Positions 45,528 through 55,906 are shown, counted from the stretch's first letter. The stretch: DNA of 64,000 nt from an uncultured Candidatus Peribacteria bacterium (GCA_964495905.1 CAZBWN010000078.1:1566-65565), one strand, 5' to 3'. Notes: a model not told the origin generated them from the sequence alone. Translations and numbers: made by a program.

Positions 45528-46934
45528 ATGGCTACTGTAAGTATAATAGAACAATTACGTTCTGGAAAAATAGTCATGCCTATCATCAAGGAATGACACA
45601 AAGTAAAAGGAATCGTACTTAAAAAAATCGAAAATGGTATTTTAGTAGATTGTGATAATTACGCATTTACTGGAGTTATCTTATCAAAGGAAGTTAAAGA
45701 ACTTGAAAGATCTGGATATGAATTAGATCCAGGAAGAGAAATCGAACTTGAAATCGTAAATACTAATATCAGGCATGAAGATGGACATTATATCGTATCT
45801 ATCACCAAATTACTTCAATACGATATCTGGAAATCCATCATGAAGAAATTTGAAGCTGATGATGTGATCACTGTGATCCCTACTGAAGCAAATCTTGGAG
45901 GTCTACTTGTAGATATGCATGGAATCAAAGGATTCGTTCCATTGTCTCAATTGGCTCCTATCCATTATCCAAGAGTAGAAGATGGTGATCAAGAAATCAT
46001 TTTTGAAAAACTATTGGATTTGATCGGAAAAGAACTCAAAGTAAGAATCATCAATATCGATGAAGATGAAAAGAGAATCGTGTTATCAGAAAGAGAAGCA
46101 CTCAAGGAAGAGAGAGAAAATATCCTCAAAGATCTTGAAGTCGGAAAAATATACGATGGAGTTGTGAGCGGACTTTCTTCATATGGATTATTCGTGACTA
46201 TCGGATGAACTGTTGAAGGTTTGGTACATATCTCAGAAATTACCTATGGACACGTTAACAATATCGAGAAGCTTGGAAAAATAGGTGACAAAATCAGTGT
46301 AAAAGTCATTGGATTAGAAAATGGTAAGATATCACTTTCTAGTAAAAAATTGAAGGATGATCCACGGACAGCGTTACCAAAAGAATACAAAATCGGTGAT
46401 TACATCGAAGGAGAAGTCATCAGATTCGTTCCTTATGGAGTATTCGTGAGAGTGTTTCAAGATATCAATGGATTGGTGCATTTGAGTGAACTTTCACAAA
46501 AATCTATCCAAAACCCAAATGAAGTCGTTAAGCTCGGACAGATCATCAAGACAAAAATCATCTTGCTTGATCCAAAAAATAGAAAGATTTGATTGAGTAT
46601 GAAGGGTGTAGATGATGATAAAGCTGCTTTAGAAAAAAAGGTTGCTGCTCCATCAACTCCTACAGCTCCAAAAGCTGTAGCTTCTAAGACAGAGACTCCT
46701 GCACAAGCAGTTCTCCAAGAAGAACTTATCCCTGCACAAGCTCCAAAGAAATTTGAAGGTAAAGGATTGGCTGGAATAGTCAAAAAACTTTCTGAAGAAA
46801 AGCTTGAAGATAAAGCAAAAAGAATCACTGATAAGCTTGAAAAAAATCCTGACAAAAAGGATAAGGTAGTAGAGAAAGACAAAAAACCTGCTGCTAAAAA
46901 AGTTGTTACAGAAAAGAAAGTAGCTAAAAAGTAA
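45528..46934 (+). CDS. rpsA: 30S ribosomal protein S1-like protein (four S1 domains plus Lys/Ala/Pro-rich tail)
   Basis: Track ORFs 45840.., 46221.. and 46593.. are in one frame, joined by TGA. Repeated GxVxxxxxxGxFVxxxxxxxGLVHxSE modules. KKLKDDP(CGG) corresponds to the conserved DPW. Confidence 0.85.
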
Positions 46935-46954
46935 TCATATACTAAACTATAAAG

Positions 46955-47008
46955 ATACCGTATGTCCCTCCGCCACGGCGGACAAGTGTGACTGCGGTAT
47001 TTTTTTTG
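46955..47008 (+). terminator. compound hairpin terminator
   Basis: Outer stem ATACCG/CGGTAT enclosing TCCGCC-acg-GCGGA, followed by T8. Confidence 0.6.
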
Positions 47009-47093
47009 TTTCATTATAATTCATTGATTTTCTGTATTATATTCTTAAAATGTCAACTAAACAAACAAAAAAATAACTAAAAAAAATAAAAAT

Positions 47094-48038
47094 ATGAAAA
47101 AACAAATGGAAAAAATAATCGATCCTGTTGAAGTAAAATTACTTGAACAAGAACTTAATACAGATACCTTTTTACGCCCTGTAAATAGAGGTGCTAATGA
47201 GTTGTATATTATTCATAAAGAAGATTGTCCTCATGTGATGCAGGAAATTGGTCGTCTTCGTGAAATCACTTTTCGTGGTGCAGGTGGAGGAACAGGTAAA
47301 TCATCGGATATCGATGAATATGATGATTATTTTCATCAGTTGGTACTATGGAATCCGGATCGTAAGGAAATTGTCGGCGGGTATCGATTTGCTTGCATGT
47401 CTAAACTTGTTGATAACAATACAATCAACAGTCCTACTCATGAAATCTTTCAATTCTCCGATACTTTTATCAAGGATTATCTTCCTCGTACTATTGAACT
47501 CGGACGTTCTTTTGTACAGCCAGAGTATCAACCGATCAGAAATCCTAAAGCAGGATTATTCTCTCTAGATAATCTGTGGGATGGACTTGGTGCTTTGGTA
47601 GTTGATTATCCTAACATCACTCATTTTTTCGGTAAGGTCACTATGTATCCTAGTTTCAATTCTCAGGCTCGCAACTATATTCTTTTTTTCTTACAAAAGT
47701 ATTGTCCGGATACTGAACATTTGATGTTGCCTGTCTATCCTATACAGGGGTTGGATAAAGAAATCGATCTTCTCGCAAAATTTCTTGATTATGGAAGTTA
47801 TGATGATGATTTGAAGCATCTTATGGATGCTGTTGCTGCTCTGGGAACAACTATTCCTCCTTTGGTGAAACAGTATATGAATCTTTCTCCGACATTAAAA
47901 ACATTTGGAACTTCTATTAGTCCTTCGTTTGGAGATGTTGAGGAAACTGGTATGTTGATTACGATTGCTGATATTCATTCTAGAAAAAAAGATCAGCACG
48001 TTGAAACGTACCGAAAATATAAATTACATAAAAAATAA
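47094..48038 (+). CDS. GNAT-family N-acyltransferase (hemolysin-like/OlsB-like Acetyltransf_5 type, tentative)
   Basis: Intact 314-aa track ORF: LRPVNRGANELYI, LREITFRGAGGGTGKS.DIDEYD, VGGYRF, ELGRSFV.PEYQ. 0 of about 20 Gly codons are TGA (hand count). Confidence 0.65.
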   Translation: MKKQMEKIIDPVEVKLLEQELNTDTFLRPVNRGANELYIIHKEDCPHVMQEIGRLREITFRGAGGGTGKSSDIDEYDDYFHQLVLWNPDRKEIVGGYRFACMSKLVDNNTINSPTHEIFQFSDTFIKDYLPRTIELGRSFVQPEYQPIRNPKAGLFSLDNLWDGLGALVVDYPNITHFFGKVTMYPSFNSQARNYILFFLQKYCPDTEHLMLPVYPIQGLDKEIDLLAKFLDYGSYDDDLKHLMDAVAALGTTIPPLVKQYMNLSPTLKTFGTSISPSFGDVEETGMLITIADIHSRKKDQHVETYRKYKLHKK

Positions 48039-48089
48039 TTCTATTCTGAAAATTATCTACGATCTCCCTGTTTTTCTGGGAGATTTTTT

Positions 48090-49001
48090 TTATATTTCTA
48101 TAGTCACTAATTCATTTTCTGGGTCTCTAAAAACTAGTTTATATGCGGTCAATTGCATCGGTGTTGTCTCTTTAGGGTCACCGTATAAGTAATCTCCTAC
48201 GATAGGTAATCCATGATGAGAAAGGTGGTATCTGATCTGATGTGTTCTTCCTGTAAGGATTTCAAGATTGAACGTGATGGTTGTATCAGTTTGTTTAACT
48301 ATTTCCATGATTTTTGTGATTCATATCTTGCTTATGGTATGGGGTAATTTTGCGATGACGGGCTCTTCGATGATATACGGAAATTCTGTTATATTTTCTA
48401 TAAAATCTTTACCTTCAGGTGTAAGATATGATGTTGCCCTATAAAATTTTTTGAGTTCTGTCTGTTCTTTATCATCTATGCTTTTGCTTTCTGATTTGGC
48501 TTGGAACAGTTTCTTGAAATGTTCTAGTCATTTTTCTGTCTTTGCGATGATCATAAGTCCATCCGTGTTTTTATCGAGCCTATGAATGAGTCCTGCTCTG
48601 ATGAAGTTTCAAATAGTCGGTAAATTTTTGTAGGTATGATACAGAAATCCTACTACTGATGCTTCATCTACCTCTCGAACGGTTTTGGGGTGAGAAAGCA
48701 CGCCTTTGGGTTTGTTGATGATAAGATAATCATCTTTTTCAAGCAGTACAGGGATATCTATATTTGGAGCTTCATTGAGTACGACAGGGGAGAGATATCT
48801 TGTTATATTATCAATATCTATCTGGTCGTTATTTTTGAGCTGATAAGACTTTTTTATGACTTTATTGTTCACTTTCACTCCTCCTCTTGAGATAATATGG
48901 TGAAAAAAGCTTCTGGAATAAGAAAATTCTTTACTCAATCGAGTATCTATCCTTCCCTCCTTAGGGGCGGACAAGTCTCCTGCTCCTTCATATATAGTCA
49001 T
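48090..49001 (-). CDS. RluA-family 23S rRNA pseudouridine synthase (RluD-like, with S4 domain)
   Basis: S4-like N-terminus ([29 protein letters not shown]), [25 protein letters not shown]. Two track fragments in frame. 912 nt. Confidence 0.88.
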
Positions 49002-49159
49002 TTATGGGGCTATTTCTGGCTAAATATCATTACTGTATAATTTTTTTTGAAAAAAACAAGGGTATTTCTCGTTTTTGCTGGTAAAAACAGGTGGTAAAAT
49101 TTGCAAAATTCAAAAAAAAGGATACAATTAAGTATAGTTTTATATTGTAATCTATTTCG

Positions 49160-49663
49160 ATGGAACCTAATCAAATAAATCCATCTGCGGAAACTTCATG
49201 AATTCCTCAAGGTATCCCAACAGGAGTATTTGTTCCAAACAATCAAATACCAGCACAAACACCAGCACAAACACCTGTAGTACAACCTACACCTGTGGTT
49301 TCTCCTGTAGTCACTAAAGAAGGTCCTTTGGATAAAGTCTTAAAATGAATCATAAAGTTTTTTGCTAAGATCATGGGGCAACCTGATCCTATTACGGGAG
49401 CACCAAATGCTGCTTCACAGGCTCTTCAAAAATCAGAAAATATCGTTGGAAAAATACGAAATACTGCCAATCAAGCAGTAGGAAAGGTTACTGATGTTGC
49501 AGGTCAAGCTGTTGCAAAGGTTAATGATGTAGCAAATCAAGCTGCTCAGCAAGTACAAAAAATGGTTCCGCCACCACAAGCATCACAGGCACCCGTTACT
49601 CCTCCTGTACAACCAACTGAACCCGTTCAACCACCACAACCACCGGTTCAACCTGTAGCTTAA
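49160..49663 (+). CDS. hypothetical Pro/Gln-rich low-complexity protein
   Basis: ATG 49160 joins track ORF 49373..49663 via two TGA. Repeats ANQAVGKVTDVAGQAVAKVNDVANQAAQQV. Pro-rich ends. Confidence 0.55.
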
Positions 49664-49680
49664 TGTCTTATATATATAAA

Positions 49681-49710
49681 ACTGTCCGCCTAGGCGGACA
49701 GTTTTTGTTT
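49681..49710. terminator. bidirectional terminator built on the CCGCCTAGGCGG palindrome
   Basis: ACTGTCCGCCTAGGCGGACAGT plus TTTTTGTTT, between convergent genes. Confidence 0.75.
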
Positions 49711-49717
49711 AAAAAAA

Positions 49718-49900
49718 TTATTTTTCTTTTATCAGTGCATCTATCAGATCTTCCATCTCTTCCATAAATTTTTCATCTTTGTCGAGTCCGTTTTCCTTGA
49801 TTACGTCCATCACTCGATCGAGTCTTTCCTTTTTTGCTTGGATTTTTTTGATGTCTTTATCGTCTATGATACTCAAATCTATAGGTTGTGCTTTTGTCAT
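49718..49900 (-). CDS. hypothetical small acidic protein (60 aa)
   Basis: Intact track ORF whose ATG directly abuts the stop of the upstream gene (49901..49903). Confidence 0.5.
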   Translation of the reverse strand: MTKAQPIDLSIIDDKDIKKIQAKKERLDRVMDVIKENGLDKDEKFMEEMEDLIDALIKEK

Positions 49901-50434
49901 CTATCTAGCATTATTATCTAAAATATATTGTTTGAGTATGTTGATCTCTTTATATGAGTGGTCATCACCTGGGATCTCCTTGCAGGTAAATGCAGGGGAG
50001 AGCGCTCAAAGCTGTTTTGTTATTGCAGCATAGCTTCCTGCTGGATCATCAGTTTTTTGGATCCGCAATACGGGACACGTAAGTTCTTTAAGATATTTTT
50101 CTATAGGCAGGTCATTATGCAGTTTTGTATATCCAAGAGGAAATCATACGAAAATGCATTGTTTGATGAATATCTCTTGTTCTACCATCGCTTTGAGTCC
50201 AAGGATACATCAAATCGATTTGCAAAATAATATGATGCTTCCTCAGAGTGTTTTTAGATAGTTGCAAAGTTGTTCGCATTCATAGTCTAGGTTCATATCT
50301 CATCATTCTGTATTCCAATGACGATAATTATGAATATGTGTACTCGCATAAAACGGTAGAAGCTCTTTATTCACTTCCTGTATCCGCGATTTGTTGTGTA
50401 CGTTATTTCCTCATAAGAGTACGAGTGTAGCCAT
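49901..50434 (-). CDS. hypothetical protein, alpha/beta-hydrolase-like (YdeN/serine-hydrolase type, tentative)
   Basis: MATLVLL-GG-NNVHNKS(CGG)IQEV...ILFCKSI-G-CIL-G-LKAM...CPVLRIQKTDDPAG. 534 nt with TGA=G. Confidence 0.45.
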
Positions 50435-50456
50435 CAGAAAGATGCGAATTAAAATG

Positions 50457-50873
50457 TTATATTTTTGTTGCATTCATATACTCTAGGAAAATCTCCTTTG
50501 TCATATTTGCACATTCTAAACCCATGATTTCATCATAATCAAAGTACTGCACTCTTTGTCATTCATGAAGCCTTATCTCTTCTACAGGTATATTTATCTT
50601 CCCATAATAGATATGCTTTATATTTTCATATGCATCTTTTGTCGATGGGCAAAAATATTCGCGGAAGAATGTATATTCTTGTTGCTTGAGATCTATTTCA
50701 ATCTCCTCTTGTACTTCTCTCACTAGCGCTTCTTCGAACGTTTCATCATCTTCTACGTGTCATCCTATCATATCCCAAGTATTTGGAAAGGGGATATTCG
50801 GTTTATTATCTCTCAAAAGCAGAAGTATCTGTTTTTTATCATTTTCAAATATCATCCCTGCTACTTTTTTCAT
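50457..50873 (-). CDS. NUDIX hydrolase
   Basis: Nudix box -GG-HVEDDETFEEALVREVQEEIEI. 417 nt. Confidence 0.85.
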
Positions 50874-50897
50874 ACTCAGGTATAGGAATAAAGCCAA

Positions 50898-51362
50898 TTA
50901 ATTAAGAAGCCAGATATGATAGGCGAACCAACTTGCTATAGCTACCCGAATAGGGTAGAGGATAAGCAATAATGATGCTCGTTTGGATCTTGGATAGAGT
51001 AGTACTATCTTTATGACTGTGAGTATCAACAATACTATCATCACTATAAATGAAAAGAGCAATCGATGCTGTACAAAAAAGAATCGATTCCAAAATGCAT
51101 TGAGAAGTCCATTGATGATAAACAATCGAAGGATTAGTGTGAAATTTTTATCATGTTTCGTTTTCCAAAAAAACAGTAATGATGCTATACAACATGCATA
51201 AATAATAGTCCAAACCATTCCTATCAATGCTCCTGGAGGCGTCCCTTGAGGGAGGATAAGTGTTCCATACCATCACATCCCTGCGTTGGTGAACATACTG
51301 CCTAGGGTACCTACTGCGATTACTAACAATGGAATGATGATGTAGCTAAGTCTGTTCTTCAT
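50898..51362 (-). CDS. TspO/MBR (tryptophan-rich sensory protein) family membrane protein
   Basis: MKNRLSYIIIPLLV...NAGM-G-WYGTLILPQGTPPG...VWTIIY. Extends track ORF 50898..51227 upstream. Several CGA/CGG codons fall where TspO homologs have Trp. Confidence 0.8.
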
Positions 51363-51373
51363 AGATATATCTA

Positions 51374-52351
51374 TTATAGGCTAAAACCTACTTTTTTATA
51401 TATATCCTCTATTTTTTTCTTTGCCATTTCATTTACTTTCTGTGTGTTTTTGTTGACGAGATCTATGATCTCTTGATCGGATATTTCCGCATATTTTTTC
51501 TGGATAGGGAGTACAAAGGCAAGTAACTTTTCGTAGAGATAGTCTTTTGCATCTTTATAACTCAATCCTCATGCCAGATATCTTTTTCTTAATGTTTCAT
51601 TTTCTTCTGGTGTCAAAAATAATTTACAGATATTATATACGTTACATTCATCCGGATTTTTTGGTTCCTCGATAGTCAAGGCGCTTGTCGGGATCTGTTT
51701 AACCCTTTTGAGGATAGTCTTTTCGTCGTCGAGAAGTCAGATGAAATTATTATATGATTTACTCATTTTACGTCCATCTATTCCCATAATCAATCCTACT
51801 TCCTCCTTGATATACGGTTCAGGGATCTTAAATGTCTCTCCAAATGCGTTGTTGAACTTCATAGCTATATCTCTCGCGTATTCCACATGCTGTTTCTGGT
51901 CTTTTCCTACGGGGACAAGGTCAGTGTCGTATAATAGGATATCAGCCGCCATCAAGATAGGATAACAGAATACTCAGACATTGATCTCTTTGGCTTTCCC
52001 TTTATCCAAAGCATCTTTGTACGTATGCATCCTCTCCATAAATCACATATTTGTGATACAGGTAAGTATCCAATTGAGCTGTGCATGTCCTGGAATCTCT
52101 GCAGGATTGTAGATCAAAAATCTTTCTAGATCCACTCCGCATGCTGCATACAACTTGATGATATTGATACCATTTCTTCTTAGTCTTATAGGGTCTTGCA
52201 CGCTATTGAATGAATGCATGACTGCCAAAAACATGAAAATCTCTGCATCTTTGAATTTGTCTGCAAGGTCTAGCATCGGTTTTACCGCTCAGAAATAATT
52301 TCCGATATGGATTTGGTCACTTGTTGCTTGAAGTCAGGTTAGAATCCTCAT
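51374..52351 (-). CDS. trpS: tryptophan--tRNA ligase
   Basis: [22 protein letters not shown] (HIGH), [13 protein letters not shown] (KMSKS). Three track fragments in frame. 978 nt. Confidence 0.92.
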
Positions 52352-52457
52352 GTATTGGTGTGTAGAAGTTAAAGTATTTATCATTGATATCATAGCGTTT
52401 GGGTGAATTATTTCAATAGATAGAGAAAAACTGTGTCTTTAGTGTAATATCATAAAC

Positions 52458-52607
52458 TTATTCATTCAAAAGCGCATAAAATATTCTTTCTATAACTTCA
52501 GAAACCTCTTTTACTGAGGGTAAATGCACTTTTTCTTGTGGGGTATGTGCAAATTTGATGTCAGCTCAGATAGATACTGCTTGAAAATTCGGTTTGAATT
52601 TTCCTGC
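52458..52607 (-). pseudogene. 3' remnant of an aminoacyl-histidine dipeptidase (PepD/M20C) gene
   Basis: A 49-codon open frame with no start: AGKFKPNFQAVSI-G-ADIKFAHTPQEKVHLPSVKEVSEVIERIFYALLNE*, matching the extreme C-terminus of PepD (..G....HSP.E.v.i.sv). Preceded by an in-frame TAA. Confidence 0.5.
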
Positions 52608-52645
52608 TTAAAGTACAAGCCAATGTTATAATAATATCGGAAAAC

Positions 52646-53317
52646 TTAGATTCTTGATCATATCGGTAATTCTTTTTTTTCTAATGAGATATCAATCATA
52701 TAAGCTGATTTTTCTCATTGTACAGTACAGATGTTATTATCATAAATAAGTCCTGTTCCTTCTGGTAGACAGATGACGGGAATTTGATAGTATTTTGCAT
52801 AATCTTTTATTTCATTTTCAGATTCTTCGTTATAATGACAAACTATAGAATAATCTTTACAAACATTATATCATAATGTTTCTTCAAAAGATAATTTTAC
52901 TGCATTCATATCTGCTGCTGTATGAATTTCCTTTCCCATGATAATCGCTCCTGCGCTTCATCCGTATATAGGTTTATTATTGTCGATAAATCTTTGAATG
53001 ATGTCTGAAAATCATGTATCTCTGATTAATTTCAAGAGTCTGTAGGTATTTCCTCATCCTATATACATACCATCATAATCATCCAGATGATTTTTATTAT
53101 TTTCTGTAAATTCTTTTTCTGATAATACATCTACTGAATATCATTCACTTATAGGAAATATATTTTGTATCCATTCTAAACATGAAGGATATTCTTCTGG
53201 ACGCATTGCTCGGGGGATATAGAGTATTTTTTTGTTTACTAATAATCATTTATAGAGGGCATCTATTTTTTTGGTGTCAGTGTGGTCTCCTCATCATGAT
53301 ACTACTAGTTTTGTCAT
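52646..53317 (-). CDS. peptidase S51 (dipeptidase E-like) family protein
   Basis: MTKLVVS-GGG-D..., YI-GGG-NTYRLL, IY-GG-SAGAII. 672 nt. Confidence 0.75.
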
Positions 53318-53503
53318 GGGTATAGTATAGCGGATAAATGTTTCTTTTTTAGAATAATGAATATGTCTAATATTTCAATAATAGATTGTTTTATAAAAAA
53401 ATATGTTTACTTGATATATGACTATTATATCTGATTTGTTTAAAATTTTTGCTATTGTGTTCTAATCTTATAAATATATATTTTTTAGGCTATATTTTAT
53501 TAA

Positions 53504-53578
53504 GCCAGGGTAGCTCAGTGGTAGAGCAGAGGCCTGAAAAGCCTTGTGTCGACAGTTCAATTCTGTCTCCTGGCACCA
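53504..53578 (+). tRNA. tRNA-Phe (anticodon GAA), CCA encoded
   Basis: GCCAGGGTAGCTCAGTGGTAGAGCAGAGGCCTGAAAAGCCTTGTGTCGACAGTTCAATTCTGTCTCCTGGCACCA. Confidence 0.92.
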
Positions 53579-53670
53579 TCTTATTAAAATAAATTTATTT
53601 ATTTGACTTTTATTATTAAATATGTATACTTTTGATTGATAAAAATTTATTTTTTTAAATGCTATTACAT

Positions 53671-55023
53671 ATGAATAAAGAGAATTTTACTTCTTCAGAA
53701 TGATATAATATGAAAGATGCTATTTCATTGGGTTCGGATGATCAGGCCACTCAAAAAATTTCTGATATTTTATCTGATAGTTCTAAACTTATAAATATTA
53801 ATTGAAATGATAATAAATGGATTGAATATATAAAACAGAAAATGAATGATAAATCTCTTTCTCCAAGAGAAATTTCATATTATAATCGTATCTTGAGGGT
53901 ATTATCAATGCCTGATTTATCTAAACAACCATGACATCCTATAAATTTAGTCATTAATAAAATTCTTTCTGCTCATTTTTTTGAATGATTTGATCATATA
54001 GACGTACCTCAATTTGTTTCTGAATGGGAAACTTTTGATTTATTTAATTTTCCTGAAAATCATGTAGCTAGAAGACCGAGCGATAGTTATTTTGTCAATA
54101 AATCTGAAATCAAAAAAGAAAGCATTCTTCTTAGACCACATACTTCAGTAATGTGGTACCACTATTTGATAGAATGAAAAGCAAAAGAAATCTTGGAAAA
54201 AACTTGAGAAGTAAAAGCATTATCTTTTTGAAAAGTGTATCGTGTAGATGAGCTAGATAAAACTCATCATGAATGTTTTCATCAAATTGATGGATTAAGA
54301 ATAACATCAAAAGAGAAAGAAATCATTAATCAAGATACATTGAAAGAGGTATTATCAAATACGATCAAAGCACTTTTCTGAGAAAATGTAAAGTTTAGAT
54401 TTAACCAAGATCAATTTCCTTATACAACAGATAGTTTGGAGGTTGAGGTTGAATTTGAATGAAAATGGTTGGAGGTTTTATGAGCATGAGTAGTACATCC
54501 TACTGTTTTAGAAAAATTATGATTAGATTCTACCAAATATAATTGATGGGCTTTTGGTTTTGGTATAGATAGATTAGTAATGGCATTGAAAAAAGTACCA
54601 GATATAAGAATTCTTCGGAGTGAAGATAAGAGAATCACTTCTCAATGGTGAAATCTTAATCCATATAAGGAAGTAAGTAATTTTCCTCCTGTTTATAAGG
54701 ATATATCTTTTGTTACTTCTAAGGATAAATTTGTAAAAAATACAGTAGAAATGGAAAAATCATGAAAGATTGAATTGATAAATGAAGCTGATTCATTTGA
54801 TTTGGCTGGTATAGCAAGAGATGTTTCATGATGACTTATAGAAGAAGTTAGGGTAATAGATATTTTTGAAAATGATAAAAAATTTGGTAATGATAAAAAA
54901 TCTGTGTGTGTGAGAATTACCTTTAGATCCTTAGAAAGAACGCTTACTAATGAGGAAATAAATATAGCTTATTTCAAAATAAGAGAAAAATTAGAAAAAG
55001 AACTTAATTATGAATTAAGATAA
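53671..55023 (+). CDS. monomeric, mitochondrial-type phenylalanine--tRNA ligase (class II core fused to FDX-ACB anticodon-binding domain)
   Basis: No ORF in the standard-code track. With TGA=G, a continuous 450 aa: HPINLV, FPENHVARRPSDSYF, LLRPHTSV, F-G-KVYRVDELDKTHHECFHQIDGL, -G-A-G-VVHPTVL, -G-WAFGFGIDRLVM, PDIRIL(CGG)SED. C-terminus FPPVYKDISFV...CVRITFRSLERTLTNEEI = FDX-ACB fold. Confidence 0.85.
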
Positions 55024-55033
55024 TTTAATTCCC

Positions 55034-55062
55034 TTGACATTAATCTCTATTTTAATATAAAT
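55034..55062 (+). promoter_or_regulatory. sigma70-like promoter of the peptide/radical-SAM operon
   Basis: TTGACA (55034..55039), 16-17 nt spacer, TATAAA/ATAAAT (55056..55062), about 50 nt upstream of ATG 55111. Confidence 0.55.
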
Positions 55063-55110
55063 ACTTTGATAGATTAAATCTTTTGTATGTTTTATATTAT
55101 AATATATAAT

Positions 55111-55227
55111 ATGGAAAACAAAGAAATTCAAGTTAAAAATGTTTGTGAAGAAAAGGATGCTAAAGAAAACGTGGTAGAAGATTATTATGAAGCAGAATCT
55201 TGGCAGTTTAGTGGTTGTTGAGATTAA
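55111..55227 (+). CDS. 38-aa candidate precursor peptide (RiPP-like): MENKEIQVKNVCEEKDAKENVVEDYYEAESWQFSGC-G-D
   Basis: Small ORF directly after the promoter and directly upstream of the enzyme genes. Acidic leader-like N-terminus, C-terminal SWQFSGCGD. The penultimate codon is TGA (Gly in code 25), with true stop TAA at 55225..55227. Confidence 0.6.
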
Positions 55228-55231
55228 TAGA

Positions 55232-55260
55232 AATGGGAGGAAAACTCCCATTTTTATTTA
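55232..55260 (+). terminator. hairpin plus T-run after the peptide gene (partial terminator/attenuator)
   Basis: AATGGGAG-gaaaa-CTCCCATT followed by TTTATTT, 14 nt before the next gene. Confidence 0.55.
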
Positions 55261-55273
55261 TTTAAAAATATAA

Positions 55274-55906
55274 ATGATTACATTATCATTTTGAGTAAAT
55301 TTATTATGAATAGAATATTTTAGGTCAAAATTTAATAAGACTTTTGATCTTGATGTATGTTCTGCTGACGCAAAGATAGCATGTAATGAACTCATTTTTT
55401 TATGGGATAGTGTTTCATCTGATATAAATTTTATTATAGAACAATTCTTTTGAGAGATTCATTATGATTTGAAAGTTGAAGTTTATCCAAAATATTTTCT
55501 TTTGTGAGCCATAAATATTGAAAAATGACTTATTGTCCTATGACAACCCAAAAGATCTGATTTTTTTTATTGATGATTGTTGTTACATGAATTAATTCAT
55601 TTTGTCTTGAAAGATAGATGATTAAATAGATTTATTGAGGAAACTATTTGTTTTCTATTTGAAAGAATGTTTATATTGAAATATGATTGAGCAACTATTG
55701 ATGATTTTCAATATGATAAATGAACTGATGATTTTCATACATATGCAATTATGTATTCAAAAGTTTTTTTTGATGATTTTATGCTATTTTATGCGAAATC
55801 TGATATTAATTGATTAATAAATTTTTTGAATAAAAAAATCGATAACTCTAAAAAGGAAATCACTATCGAAAATAATTTAATAGCTTATCTATCAAAAAAT
55901 GCATAA
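55274..55906 (+). CDS. HExxH-motif protein (putative zinc metallopeptidase)
   Basis: 633 nt open with TGA=G. ...DFFY-GG-LLLHELIHFVLKDR-G-LNRFIEE.... No further family recognised. Confidence 0.55.

Noticed and set aside
46457-47014. A 185-aa minus-strand ORF with low-complexity Ser/Phe/Leu content.
   Set aside because: It is antisense to the Lys/Ala/Glu-rich tail of the S1-like protein, so it is a shadow ORF.
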